A DNA stretch of 64,000 nucleotides from Phaeosaccion multiseriatum (lineage: Eukaryota; Protista; Ochrophyta, other classes), in assembly GCA_965112735.1 (NCBI GenBank), contig OZ218958.1:2480001-2544000 (forward strand). Direction: 5' to 3'. Shown here in pieces: positions 53,676-64,000 of the stretch. Made by a program: the position numbers and the translations under genes. The first letter of the stretch is position 1; every line of letters begins with the position of its first letter. The notes below the pieces were generated by a model, which ran no database searches, was not told where the DNA came from, and saw only the letters and a list, made by a program, of their open reading frames with translations.

Positions 53676-55745
53676 ATGAGCGCGGAGCGGGAGAGGATTG
53701 CCGGGAAGGTGCAGGAGTGGTACGACAAGAGAGCTGAGCTGGAGGCTTCAGGCTGGGGAAGCACCAAGGAGGACCTCCTGCTCTTGCTCAAGGCCGTTCT
53801 CTGCACCGTCGATGTCGAGGAGCTGAAGCAGAAGGGGTATGGTCCGCTGCACTACCTCGCGGATGCTGAGAAGAGCAAGGAGACACTGTGTTTGGAGGTG
53901 AAGGGACCGAGGATGCTGGAGGGGGTGAAGCTGCTGGGGGAGTGCGGACTAAGCGTTGACACCAGGCGAGATGGGGGTTCCGGGACGGCTCTGCACCAAG
54001 CTGCATGGAGGGGGCACTTTGACTTGGTGAAGGGGCTAGTGGAGGCAGGTGCGGATGTCAACATCAAGTGTGATGCTGGAGCGACCCCTCTAGGCCTTGC
54101 TGCCTCCGCCGGCCACCCCATGATAGTGTGGTACTTGCTTAAGCATGGAGCCAAATGGGAGGGGACCTACGCCTTGCACAGTGCGGCTCGGTTTGGGAGC
54201 CCTTCGAGTGTGAAGATGTTGCTGAAGGCAGGGGCCAATGTTTTCGAGAGGGAACCGGATGGGGACACGGCTGCCCAGAGTTGCTGCAGAGGGAGTGACG
54301 AGCAGGGCTCGAAAGCAGGGCGGGCCGAGGCTCTGTCTATCTTGCTCAAGAAGGGCGCAGATGTGAAGGTGAAGGACGAAGATGGCGACACTCTCCTGCA
54401 CCTCGCCGCGTTGTTCGGACACGAGCAGTGCATCCCCATTCTTGTGGACAGAGGGCTGCAGGTCGATGCAAGAAGCAACCTCTTGGACACGCCGCTCCAC
54501 TTGGCCTCTTGGAATGGACATCTGGGATTTGTGAAGGAGCTCATTCGCCGCGGTGCCCCCCTTGACGCTGCCAATGAATACGGCCGCAGCCCTTTGCTGG
54601 AGGCTGCCGGTAGAGGCCACGAGGAGGTTGTGAGCGAGCTGATACGCGCCGATGCCTCTGTCAATGTCAAGGACAAGAATTCGATCACCGCACTGCATCT
54701 CGCGGCCGCCCTGGGCAGCATCAAGCTGGCCTACCTCCTGGTGGAGGGTGGAGCGGCGATCGATGCCCTCACCGATGATGGTGAAAGTCCTTTGGTATCG
54801 TGCATGAGCCCTGCGGAAGGGACGGTAGCTCAGAATTTGAAGTATTGTCACACATCACCAGGAGAAAAGGAGGCGCGCGAGAAGGTGGCTCGATTCCTGC
54901 TGAAGATGGGCGCTACCGTTGACGAGAAGGTGATGAAAGCGGCAGGGGAGGCAGGCTTCAGTGGTGTCATAACCTCTTTCATTAGGACAGCACGGGAGGG
55001 GTGCAACGCTCTCACAGACAGACTTCACACCGTTGCGGAGCACTGCATGTCCGTTTTAGCTGGTGCTGAGGATGAGAAGGCTGACAGCCCAGTGCGGGTT
55101 AGGCTGGCGAATACGCGCAGTGGAGAGAAGGGCGAGAAGCAGTACGTCTTGAGCATCCCTCTGATGGAGCGGCTGGCGGCGAAGGTCAGCGGGAGAGAGG
55201 AGGATAGAGCGAAGATCTCCACAAGCCAAGCCTCAGCGGCAGGCATTCTTCCGAATGTGCTAGACCCGAGGAAGCACGGCTACAAGGGGGATGATGAAGG
55301 CGATGATGGTAAGGAGAAGGGGGAAGGGAAGGGCAAGAAGGAGATGAAGAGTGTAGAGCTGAAGTATGATGGCGTGGACTTCACGGAGGAGGGCTTTGAG
55401 GCTGTGGTGCAGTTCGTGACTACGGGCAGTGTGGAGGAGCTGCTGACGAGAAGGCCGCGAGAGAGAGGTACAGAGGGGGGCGCGAGCAGCAGCAGCAGCA
55501 GCGGCAGGCGAGGAGGAGGAGGGGGGGGAGCTGAAGGCACTGGCCGGGGCGGCAAGAAGAGGAAGCGTGTGAAGCTGTTCGACGACGTTCGAGCGAAGCA
55601 GGCTCTGCAGGCCGCGGAGTTCTTCTGTTTGGAAGGCATGGCGAGGGAGGTGAAGACGCTGATGGGAGAGTACGGCTTTGAGCTGGAGCAGAACGAGACT
55701 GAGAAAGAAGTGCCATCGCAGAAGAGAAGCAGAGCTGACCCCTGA
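53676..55745 (+). CDS. Ankyrin + BTB-like protein, copy 5 (chimeric)
   Basis: 689 aa ORF; N-terminal part matches copy 2, central repeats match copy 1. Confidence 0.9.
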   Translation: MSAERERIAGKVQEWYDKRAELEASGWGSTKEDLLLLLKAVLCTVDVEELKQKGYGPLHYLADAEKSKETLCLEVKGPRMLEGVKLLGECGLSVDTRRDGGSGTALHQAAWRGHFDLVKGLVEAGADVNIKCDAGATPLGLAASAGHPMIVWYLLKHGAKWEGTYALHSAARFGSPSSVKMLLKAGANVFEREPDGDTAAQSCCRGSDEQGSKAGRAEALSILLKKGADVKVKDEDGDTLLHLAALFGHEQCIPILVDRGLQVDARSNLLDTPLHLASWNGHLGFVKELIRRGAPLDAANEYGRSPLLEAAGRGHEEVVSELIRADASVNVKDKNSITALHLAAALGSIKLAYLLVEGGAAIDALTDDGESPLVSCMSPAEGTVAQNLKYCHTSPGEKEAREKVARFLLKMGATVDEKVMKAAGEAGFSGVITSFIRTAREGCNALTDRLHTVAEHCMSVLAGAEDEKADSPVRVRLANTRSGEKGEKQYVLSIPLMERLAAKVSGREEDRAKISTSQASAAGILPNVLDPRKHGYKGDDEGDDGKEKGEGKGKKEMKSVELKYDGVDFTEEGFEAVVQFVTTGSVEELLTRRPRERGTEGGASSSSSSGRRGGGGGGAEGTGRGGKKRKRVKLFDDVRAKQALQAAEFFCLEGMAREVKTLMGEYGFELEQNETEKEVPSQKRSRADP

Positions 55746-56007
55746 GCATCGTCAACCCAAGACTTGAGCAGCTGCACGTGCGAGTGAGCTTGCCTCGGGG
55801 GTGGGAAGGGAGAGAGGGAGCGAGAGTCAGGGAGATGCGTGAGGATCGAGCCGGCATGTGGTGTGTTCCGTGTGCCCTTGGCGTGAGCGAGGCATTAGGA
55901 GGGCCGTGGTGAGCGGAGGAGAAGGAGCAGCAGCAGCAGCAGAAGCAGTAGCAGCAGCAGTAGCACCACCTTCCCGGTTGAAGGAGAGAGAGAGGAGAGG
56001 ATTTTTC

Positions 56008-56155
56008 ATTTTTTAACACTCGATTTGCGTCCCAAATCGCCCCCAATACATTTTTTGGACGAACTCCGCAAAATGACGCTGGGAGAAGCGCTATAGCTCT
56101 TCGTGTAGCTCTTTGAGATGCCTACCGACCCAAGGAAAATCGAGTGTTAAAAAAT
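56008..56155. mobile_element. MITE-like AT-rich element with 19 bp perfect inverted repeats
   Basis: attttttaacactcgattt (56008-56026) and aaatcgagtgttaaaaaat (56137-56155); no clear target-site duplication. Confidence 0.45.
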
Positions 56156-56422
56156 AAAATGTTTACCCAGCAGATGTGCCTCCCGAGCCGCATTTTTTTT
56201 TAGGATCTGCTGTCTAAAAGTAATGGAGCGGGGCTTGGCGGAGCACCAACGCGCCTAGCGCTTACTCAAAGCTCCCCCCACCCGACATATTACTCCTCCC
56301 ACCCGGCTAGGACGACAAGGCCTTGTCCCACCTTCCTCTGTGCCAACCCTCTTGCTTGTCGCCGGTCTGCTGCTGTCTGTACGACAGAGCCGCTTGAATA
56401 GGGGGGGAGAGTGCTCTGGAGG

Positions 56423-58484
56423 ATGACGGTGGCCCGCCGGAGCAGGATTGCCGGGAAGGTGCAGGCGTGGTACGACAAGAGAGTTGAGCTGGAGGCTTCG
56501 GGCTGGGGAAGCAGCAAGGAGGACCTCCTGCTCTTGCTCAAGGCCGTTCTCTGCACCGTCGATATCGAGGAGCTGAAGCAGAAGGGGTATGGTCCGCTGC
56601 AATACCTCGCCGAGGCTGAGAAGAGCAAGAAGACACGCTGTTCGGAGGTGAAGGGACCGAGAATGCTGGAGGGGGTGAAGCTGCTGGAGGAGTGCGGACT
56701 ATGCGTTGACACCAGGCGAGATGGGGGTTCCAGGACGGCTCTGCACCAAGCTGTATGGAGGGGGCACTTTGACTTGGTGAAGGGGCTAGTGGAGGCGGGT
56801 GTGGATGTCAACATCAAGTGTACCGATACTGAACGGACACCTCTACGCCTTGCTGCCTCCGCCGGCCACCCCATGATAGTGTGGTACTTGCTTAAGCATG
56901 GAGCCAAATGGGAGGGGACCTGCTGGGAGCCCTTCAAGTGTGAAGATGCTGCTGAAGGCAGGGGCCAATGTATTCGAGAAGGATCTGGATGGATATACGG
57001 CTGCCCAGAATTGCTGCATAGGGAGTGACGAGCAGGGCTCGAAAGCAGGGCGGGCCGAGGCTCTGTCTATCTTGCTCAGGAAGGGCGCAGATGTGAAGGT
57101 GAAGAACGAAATTGGCAGCACTCTCCTGCACCTCGCCGCGTACACCGGAAACGAGCAGTGCATCCCCATTCTTGTGGGCAGAGGGCTGCAGGCCGATGCA
57201 AGGAGCAACGAGTTGGTCACGCCGCTCCACTTCGCCTCTTGGAGAGGACAACTGGGATGTGTGAAGGAGCTCATTCGCCGCGGTACCCCCCTTGACGCTG
57301 TCACTGCACGTGGTAGCACTTCCCTCTTGTTTGCTGTCGTCAGAGGCCACGTGAAGGTTGTGAGCGAGCTGATACGCGCCGATGCCTCTGTCGATGTCAA
57401 AGACAAGAATTCGACCACCGCACTGCATCTCGCGGCCGCCCTGGGCAGCATCAAGATGGCCTACCTCCTGGTGGAGGCTGGAGCGGCGGTCGATGCCCTT
57501 ACCGATGAAGGTGAAAGTCCTTTGGTATCGTGCATACGCCCTGGAGAAGGGAAGATAGCTCAGACGTTGGAGAGACTTCGAACATCACCAGGAGCGAAGG
57601 AGGCGCGCGAGAAGGTGGCTCGATTCCTGCTGAAGATGGGCACTGCCGTTGACGAGAAGGTTATGAAAGCGGCGGGGGAGGCAGGCTTCAGTGGTGTCAT
57701 TTCCTCTTTCTTCAGGAAAGAACGGGAGGGGCGCAACGCTGCCACAGACAGACTTCACACTGTTTCTGAGCACTACTCGTCCATGATGGCTGGTGCTGAG
57801 GATGAGAAGGCTGACAGCACAGTGCGGGTTATGCTGGTGAATACGCGCAGTGGAGAGAAGGGCGAGAAGCAGTACGGTTTGAGCATCCCTCTGATGGAGC
57901 GGCTGGCGGCGAGGGTCAGCGGGAGAGAGGAGGAAAGAGTGAAGACCTCCTCAGGCCAAGCCTCAGCGGCAGGCATTCTTCCGAATATGCTTGACCCGAG
58001 GAAGCACGGCTACAAGGGGGATGATGAAGATGATGATGGGGAGAAGAAGGGGGCAGGGAAAGGCAAGAAGGAGATGAAGCGTGTAGAGCTGAAGTATGAT
58101 GGCGCGGACTTTACCGAGGAGGGCTTTGAGGCTGTGGTGCAGTTCGTGACGACGGGCAGTGTGGAGGAGCTGCTGACGAGAAGGACGGGAGAGGGAGGTA
58201 CAGAGGGGGGCGCGAGCAGCAGCAGCAGCAGCAGCAGGCGAGGAGGAGGAGGGGGGGGAGGTGAAGGCACTTGCCGGGGGGGGAAGAAGAGGAAGCGTGT
58301 GAAGCTGTTCGACGACGTTCGAGCCAAGCAGGCTCTGCAGGCCGCGGAGTTCTTCTGTTTGGAGGGCATGTCGAGGGAGGTGAAGACAATGATGGGAGAG
58401 TACGGCTTTGAGCTAGAGCAGAGCGAGACCGAGAGAGAGGGGGAAGAAGGGCCATCGCGGAAGAGGAGCCGAGCTGACCCCTGA
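56423..58484 (+). pseudogene. Ankyrin + BTB-like copy 6, frameshifted
   Basis: Split into ORFs 56411..57028 and 56898..58484. Only 4 nt (TGCT) lie between ACC and GGG AGC at 56921 versus 27 nt in other copies, i.e. a 23 nt deletion. Confidence 0.85.
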
Positions 58485-59238
58485 GCATCGCCAACCCAAG
58501 GCTTGAGAAGCTGCACGTGCGAGTGAGGCTGCTCTGCCTGTGGTGGGAGGCGAGAGAGAAGTAGTGGAACGCCTTCCATCGCTCCTCTGAAGAAGCGCGA
58601 GAGGAGGTGTACTGTTGATTGGATTGGGTCCAAGGAGGGGGGTCTTCCCTCCTGCCTCCGAGCCGCTCCCTCGTACCGTGTAGAGCATTAAGTGCGTCCA
58701 AATGAATCCATCGAACCCCCTTCTGTGAGATCGACCCTATGTATGGTGTTCGGCATTGTTGATACGGTCACTGACACTGAAAACCGTCTGTGCTCTCCCT
58801 TGGTCCAACTGCCATGCATTTCTTCCAATCCCTCTCTATTACTCTGCGAACTGTCTCATCGCAGAGTGGGATTTCATAAACGTATGCATAAGTAAGGTCT
58901 TGCTCATCGACGGAGGCACTCAACAGCACCACCTCACCTTACCTGGCTTGACCTTGACATGCCCTGTCTTGCTTGTCCTTCCACAGAGGGGCGTGGTAAC
59001 CCCCTGACCTGGTCTGACCTGCCCTGTGTGTCTCTCTGTACAGGGGCGTTGTGACAGCCCACTCAGTCTCTCGTGCCCCTTCGTCCCCCTTCCCTCCCAC
59101 ACGGAGCTCGCCCGTCCCCATCCCGCTCTCGCTCCGTTCAGTCGAGCTCCTGCTGCAGCCGCTGCTGCTGCTGCTCCTCCTCCTCATCATCATCATCATC
59201 ATCACCATCATCACCAACATCATCATCATCATCATCAT

Positions 59239-59273
<35 letters not shown>

Positions 59274-62089
59274 CCCCCTCCTCTTCCTCCTTCTCCTCCT
59301 CATCCTCCTCCCGCCTCTCCTCCTCCTCCTCCTCATCCTCCTCCCTCGTCCTCACGCCCCCACGGACTGAGCTCCGATCCCCACTCCGAGTATCCGGCCC
59401 CCATCATGCCCAGGCCGAGGGATGGCGCAGGAGCCGCTATCCAATCTCGAGGCACCCCAAGGAGGTCCAGGAGAGCGGTTTCCGAGCCCGGCATGTATGG
59501 GGAGGGTACCCTGAGGGAGAGGGGTGGCAGTGGACGGGAAAGCCGTGAGAGGGGAGGGAGAGGACGATAAACCCTCGCGAGAGCACACAACCCCCCCCCC
59601 TTGCTGTCTCATGTCGTCATACATGCCCCCGTCTCGTTCCTGTTTGGCGTAGGATCGATGATGCGCTTGGCTGCTCTTCCTTCGTGCTTCTCACTATACT
59701 ACTCGACCTCCCTCCCTTGTTCTAAGCAAACCCAGGAGGGGCGGACAGGTCGTTACTTTTAGGTAGGCATCGATGGCACTTAAAGGGCGTGATCTCTTCA
59801 CTACTTCTCTGCCAAAGACCTCACTACTCTGTTCAAATACTCACGTTCTCTTCCCGTCGCTGTCCAGCCTCATGGGAGGCACGGGTACCTCTAGCGGCGC
59901 CTTCTTGAGCCCTTCGTTCAGCACATGGGGCACCTTGCTCAGCCCGTCCCTTTCGGTCGTCTCGTGATGAGCCGCGAGCATGCACTCACGTACAAGGGTC
60001 GACACAAGGATGCGCACCTGGGTAGTGAGGAGCATAGTGATTGGATGGCAGTGGATGGATGAGATGCATTGGATGGCAGTGGATGGATTGGGTATGTGGA
60101 GATACGACACAGAGGGAGGGGAGGATGGAGGAGGATGGGGGGAAACGCACGCACCTGCCGCCGCAGAAACCTGTCTCCCACTTTTGGAGGCGGGAGAGGG
60201 AGGGGGATGGCAGCCGATGGTGGGTGGGAGGGGGGGAGGGGTTGGAGAGGGCGGATGGCAGTGGACGGAGAAGGGGGTTGAGTTTGGGTTTGGGGTTGGG
60301 GCAATGAATCATGTTGAAGGAACATGGGTCGCCACCGCCAGGAAGGGAGTCAAGGAGAGAAGGGAGGGAGGGAGGGGGGGAGGGAGGGAGGGAGGGAGGG
60401 AGGGAGGCAGGGAGAAGAGAGAAGGGAGTGGGGGCCTTTTGTCACGCAATGAAGGGCAGAAAAGGGATGGAGGGCTCTCTCGAAAAGAATCGCGAATATG
60501 GCACCAGACGGAAGGCACAGACAACGAAGGCGTGGTAAGAGCGGTTTGTATGTACGGGGTATGGACCCATGGCACAGGCAGGCCCGACCATGTTAGCAGA
60601 GTAGGCAGTGTCGCCCACCCCTCCTTCCCCCCCCCCTCCCCTCTCTTACCTAGCTCCACAGCCATGACAGGTACCTCCTCCCCGCTGCTCAGGCGCAGGG
60701 TCCTTACCCTTGCTCTCGCCTCCATAAGGCGGCACACATCTTCCTTGTGAGTGGTCTTGATCTTGCCGTGCATGAATGATCCCCAGCGATGGCCCTCGCC
60801 CCCCCCCTCCTCCTCGCCTCCCCTCTCCTTGCCTCCTTGGATGCTCTGAAGCATGGCGTTGGCTCGCTTCACGCCTGTGATCAAAAGTGGCGCGGAGGAG
60901 AGGTGGACGAGAGTTAGAGTAGAGGTTGAGGGGCAGGGAGGTTACCATGACGCCAATTGAGCAAGACCGATACTCTGACGGGGGCAAATGAGAGAGTGGA
61001 CAGGCCCGCCATTGTTGTCCAAATGGGTTTACGCTCGCGGAAGCTGAAACTTGGGCATCTGTCAGCCTACACCTTTGATCCTTCGATTCCTGCTGTGCCG
61101 CCAATAGCTCAGGAGGAAAGCCTTCCGTTTCGCCTCCTCTCCATGCCTCCTGCTCTCTCACCTTGCTTTGCGTCTACTTAGCCCTACGCAGAACACGTGC
61201 GAGAGGCCCGCTACCAAAGCCCCATGGAGACAGCGGTGGTGCGGGAGTTGCCAGACGTGTCATACGGAGTGCATGATGACCTGACGGGCCCTGAGAACGG
61301 TAGACAAGGCCAGCATCAGCATCTACACGTTGCTACATCAGCAAAGCCGGAGTACTCACCCTTTGAGGGAAAAGTCAAAGTGACTGTGGCGTGACAGAGC
61401 AAGGACGGCACATCAAAAGCTCCGCACAATCCTACGGAGGAGACACATGGCTGCCCCAGCTCTATGTCCGACGATGGAGTCGCGCTCGCCCATCCTCCTG
61501 ACTGAGATGGTCAAAATTGAAGAAAACGCACCCTCGCTTTATCAGCTGCCAATTCTCTCCACACGAATGCCGCAAGCACACTCTCAGCAGCTCAACCCCT
61601 ATTCCACAATGTGTTCTCTGAGACTGCCAAAGCGCTTCGTCTGCGATAGCCTGTATCTCTTGTATTCGTCTCCTCCCTCCAATGAGGCGCGAAGGCGACG
61701 ACGATAATCCGACGACGACAAACAAAAGTAAAAAAAGCGAGCTGGAACTCTTTCTTTCCCCTTCAGGTCTACGACTCACAGGGCGTTAAATTCCCCTTTC
61801 GCACGCATTATACCGACACCTCCCCCCCTCCCTCTCCCCCTCCCTCTCCCCCTCGTTCCGCTCGTGCTCCTCTCTATCTCCTTCTGAGGATCTCAGTCTG
61901 TATTCGCTGCCTTTCTTCCTATCGCTCGGCTTTCCCACCGCCATCTGTGCCCGACTGCTGAAGCAGACGCTTTCGTAGCTCGAGGCTACCGGAGTGGCAT
62001 CTAGTTTCCCTCTTCCTTACCCTTCTTGCTGCTGTCTGTACGACAGAGTCGCTCGGGGTAGGGGAAGAGCGAGTGTGCTCTCGAGGAAG

Positions 62090-64000
62090 ATGAGTGCAGA
62101 GCGGGAGAGGATTGCCGGGAAGGTGCAGGAGTGGTATGACAAAAGAGCTGAGCTGGAGGCTTCGGGCTGGGGAAGCACCAAGGAGGACCTCCTGCTCTTG
62201 CTCAAGGCCGTTCTCTGCACCGTCGATGTCGAGGAGCTGAAGCAGAAGGGGTATGGTCCGCTGCACTACCTTGCCGGTGCTGAGAAGAGCAAAGAGTCAC
62301 GCTGCTCGGAGGTGAAGGGTTCGAGGATGCTGGAGGGGGTGAAGCTGCTGGGGGAGTGCGGACTGAACCTGGACGCCAAACTCAGCAGTGAGGAGGATGA
62401 AGTTGTGCCTGGCGAGATGGCTCTGCACCAAGCTGCACGCAGGGGGCACTTTGACTTGGTGAAGGGGCTAGTGGAGGCGGGTGCGGACGTCAACATCGAG
62501 TCGGACGCTGGACGGACACCTCTGCGCCTTGCTGCTCACGCCGGCCACCCCATGATAGTGTGGTACTTGCTTAAGCATGGAGCCAAATGGGAGGGGACCT
62601 ACGCCTTGCGCGATGCGGCTCGGGCTGGGAGCCCTTCGAGTGTGAAGATGTTGCTGAAGGCAGGGGCCAATGTATTCGAGAAGGATCTGGATGGAGATAC
62701 GGCTGCCCAGAAGTGCTGCATAGGGAGTGACGAGCAGGGCTCGAAAGCAGGGCGGGCCGAGGCTCTGTCTATCTTGCTCAAGAAGGGCGCAGATGTGAAG
62801 GTGAAGGACAAAGTTGGCTACACTCTCCTGCTCTTCGCCGCGTACACCGGAAACGAGCAGTGCATCCCCATTCTTGTGGGCAGAGGGCTGCAGGTCGATG
62901 CAGTGGACAACGATTTGTGCACGCCGCTCCACTGGGCCTCTTTATATGGACAAGTGGGATGTGTGAAGGAGCTCATTCGCCGCGGTGCCCCCCTTGATGC
63001 TGTGAATGTATATGGTATCACTTCCCTCTTGTTTGCTGTCGTCAGAGGCCACGTAAAGGTTGTGAGCGAGCTGATGCACGCCGATGCCTCTGTTGATGTC
63101 AAGGACAAGAATTCGGTCACCCCACTGCATGTCGCGGCCGCCCTGGGCAGCATCAAGATGGCCTACCTCCTGGTGGAGGGTGGAGCGGCGGTCGATGCCC
63201 TCACCGATGATGGTGAAAGTCCTTTGGTATCGTGCATGCGCCCTGGAGAAGGGAAGATAGCTCGGACGTTGGAGAGGTTTCGACCATCACCAGGAGAAAA
63301 GGAGGCGCGCGAGAAGGTGGCTCGATTCCTGCTGAAGATGGGCACTGCCGTTGACGAGAAGGTTATGAAAGCGGCAGGGGAGGCAGGCTTCAGTGGTGTC
63401 ATTTCCTCTTTCTTCAGGAAAGAACGGGAGGGGCGCAACGCTGCCACTGACAGACTTCACACCGTTTCTACCCACTATCTCTCCACGATGAGCGGTGCTG
63501 AGGATGAGAAGGCTGACAGCACAGTGCGGGTTAGGCTGGTGAACACGCGCAGTGGAGAGAAGGGCGAGAAGCAGTACGTCTTGAATGTCCCTCTGATGGA
63601 GCGGCTGGCGGCGAGGGTCAGTGGGAGAGAGGAGGAGAGAGCGAAGATCTCCACAGCAGGCCAAGCCTCAGCGGCAGGCATTCTTCCGAATATGCTTGAC
63701 CCGAGGAAGCACGGCTACAAGGGGGATGACGAAGATGACAATGGGGAGAAGGGGGCAGGGAAGGGCAAGAAGGAGCTGAAGTATGATGGCGTGGACTTCA
63801 CCGAGGGGGGCTTTGAGGCTGTGGTGCAGTTCGTGACGACGGGCAGTGTGGAGGAGCTGCTGACGAGAAGGCCGCGAGAGGGAGGTACAGAGGGGGGCGC
63901 GAGCAGCAACAGCAGCAGCAGCAGGCGAGGAGAAGGGGGGAAAGCTGAAGGCACTGGCCGGGGCGGCAAGAAGAGGAAGCGTGTGAAACTTTTCGACGAC
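62090..64000 (+). CDS. Ankyrin + BTB-like protein, copy 7 (truncated by window end)
   Basis: ATG AGT GCA GAG at 62090 is in frame with ...KLFDD at 64000; missing from the ORF track because no stop is in the window. Confidence 0.9.
   Translation, partial: MSAERERIAGKVQEWYDKRAELEASGWGSTKEDLLLLLKAVLCTVDVEELKQKGYGPLHYLAGAEKSKESRCSEVKGSRMLEGVKLLGECGLNLDAKLSSEEDEVVPGEMALHQAARRGHFDLVKGLVEAGADVNIESDAGRTPLRLAAHAGHPMIVWYLLKHGAKWEGTYALRDAARAGSPSSVKMLLKAGANVFEKDLDGDTAAQKCCIGSDEQGSKAGRAEALSILLKKGADVKVKDKVGYTLLLFAAYTGNEQCIPILVGRGLQVDAVDNDLCTPLHWASLYGQVGCVKELIRRGAPLDAVNVYGITSLLFAVVRGHVKVVSELMHADASVDVKDKNSVTPLHVAAALGSIKMAYLLVEGGAAVDALTDDGESPLVSCMRPGEGKIARTLERFRPSPGEKEAREKVARFLLKMGTAVDEKVMKAAGEAGFSGVISSFFRKEREGRNAATDRLHTVSTHYLSTMSGAEDEKADSTVRVRLVNTRSGEKGEKQYVLNVPLMERLAARVSGREEERAKISTAGQASAAGILPNMLDPRKHGYKGDDEDDNGEKGAGKGKKELKYDGVDFTEGGFEAVVQFVTTGSVEELLTRRPREGGTEGGASSNSSSSRRGEGGKAEGTGRGGKKRKRVKLFDD

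Noticed and set aside
36340-54470. The 3.1 kb duplication as a pure assembly artefact
   Set aside because: Copies differ by small changes (aagggcatc/aaggcatc, SSK/STK, VEE/VKE) and have different flanks; haplotype mis-joining cannot be fully excluded
35565-63969. Minus-strand ORFs of 60-315 aa overlapping the ankyrin genes
   Set aside because: Shadow ORFs of GC-rich coding sequence; boundaries vary between copies and there are no domain motifs
35718-64000. Diversity-generating retroelement as the cause of variation
   Set aside because: No reverse transcriptase or template repeat is visible, and changes are not adenine-restricted

Overview
Eukaryotic, GC-rich, microsatellite-laden genomic DNA from an organism encoding an axonemal dynein; the taxon cannot be determined from this window. 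(1) 1-32276, minus strand: 5' part of an axonemal inner-arm dynein heavy chain (DNAH6-like), about 60 GT-AG introns, running off the left edge. Its introns carry at least three short motif families (TGTATCACCAAC, TGTCCTGACAC, CCACTGCCATC) that sit next to splice sites and nearly always point toward the nearest exon on either strand. This produces perfect inverted repeats (up to 42 bp, nested) around exons and introns, which I do not recognise as a described splice signal. (2) 32678-34708, plus strand: intronless low-complexity predicted type I membrane protein, head-to-head with the dynein. (3) 35718-64000, plus strand: tandem array of seven intronless ankyrin-repeat + BTB-like genes (one frameshifted, one cut by the window edge). 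The copies are mosaics of each other, and substitutions cluster at the ankyrin binding-surface positions. Three spacer types separate them, containing a decayed spliced antisense gene, a MITE-like inverted repeat and a captured foreign segment. Exon boundaries were read by eye and may be off by a few bases.
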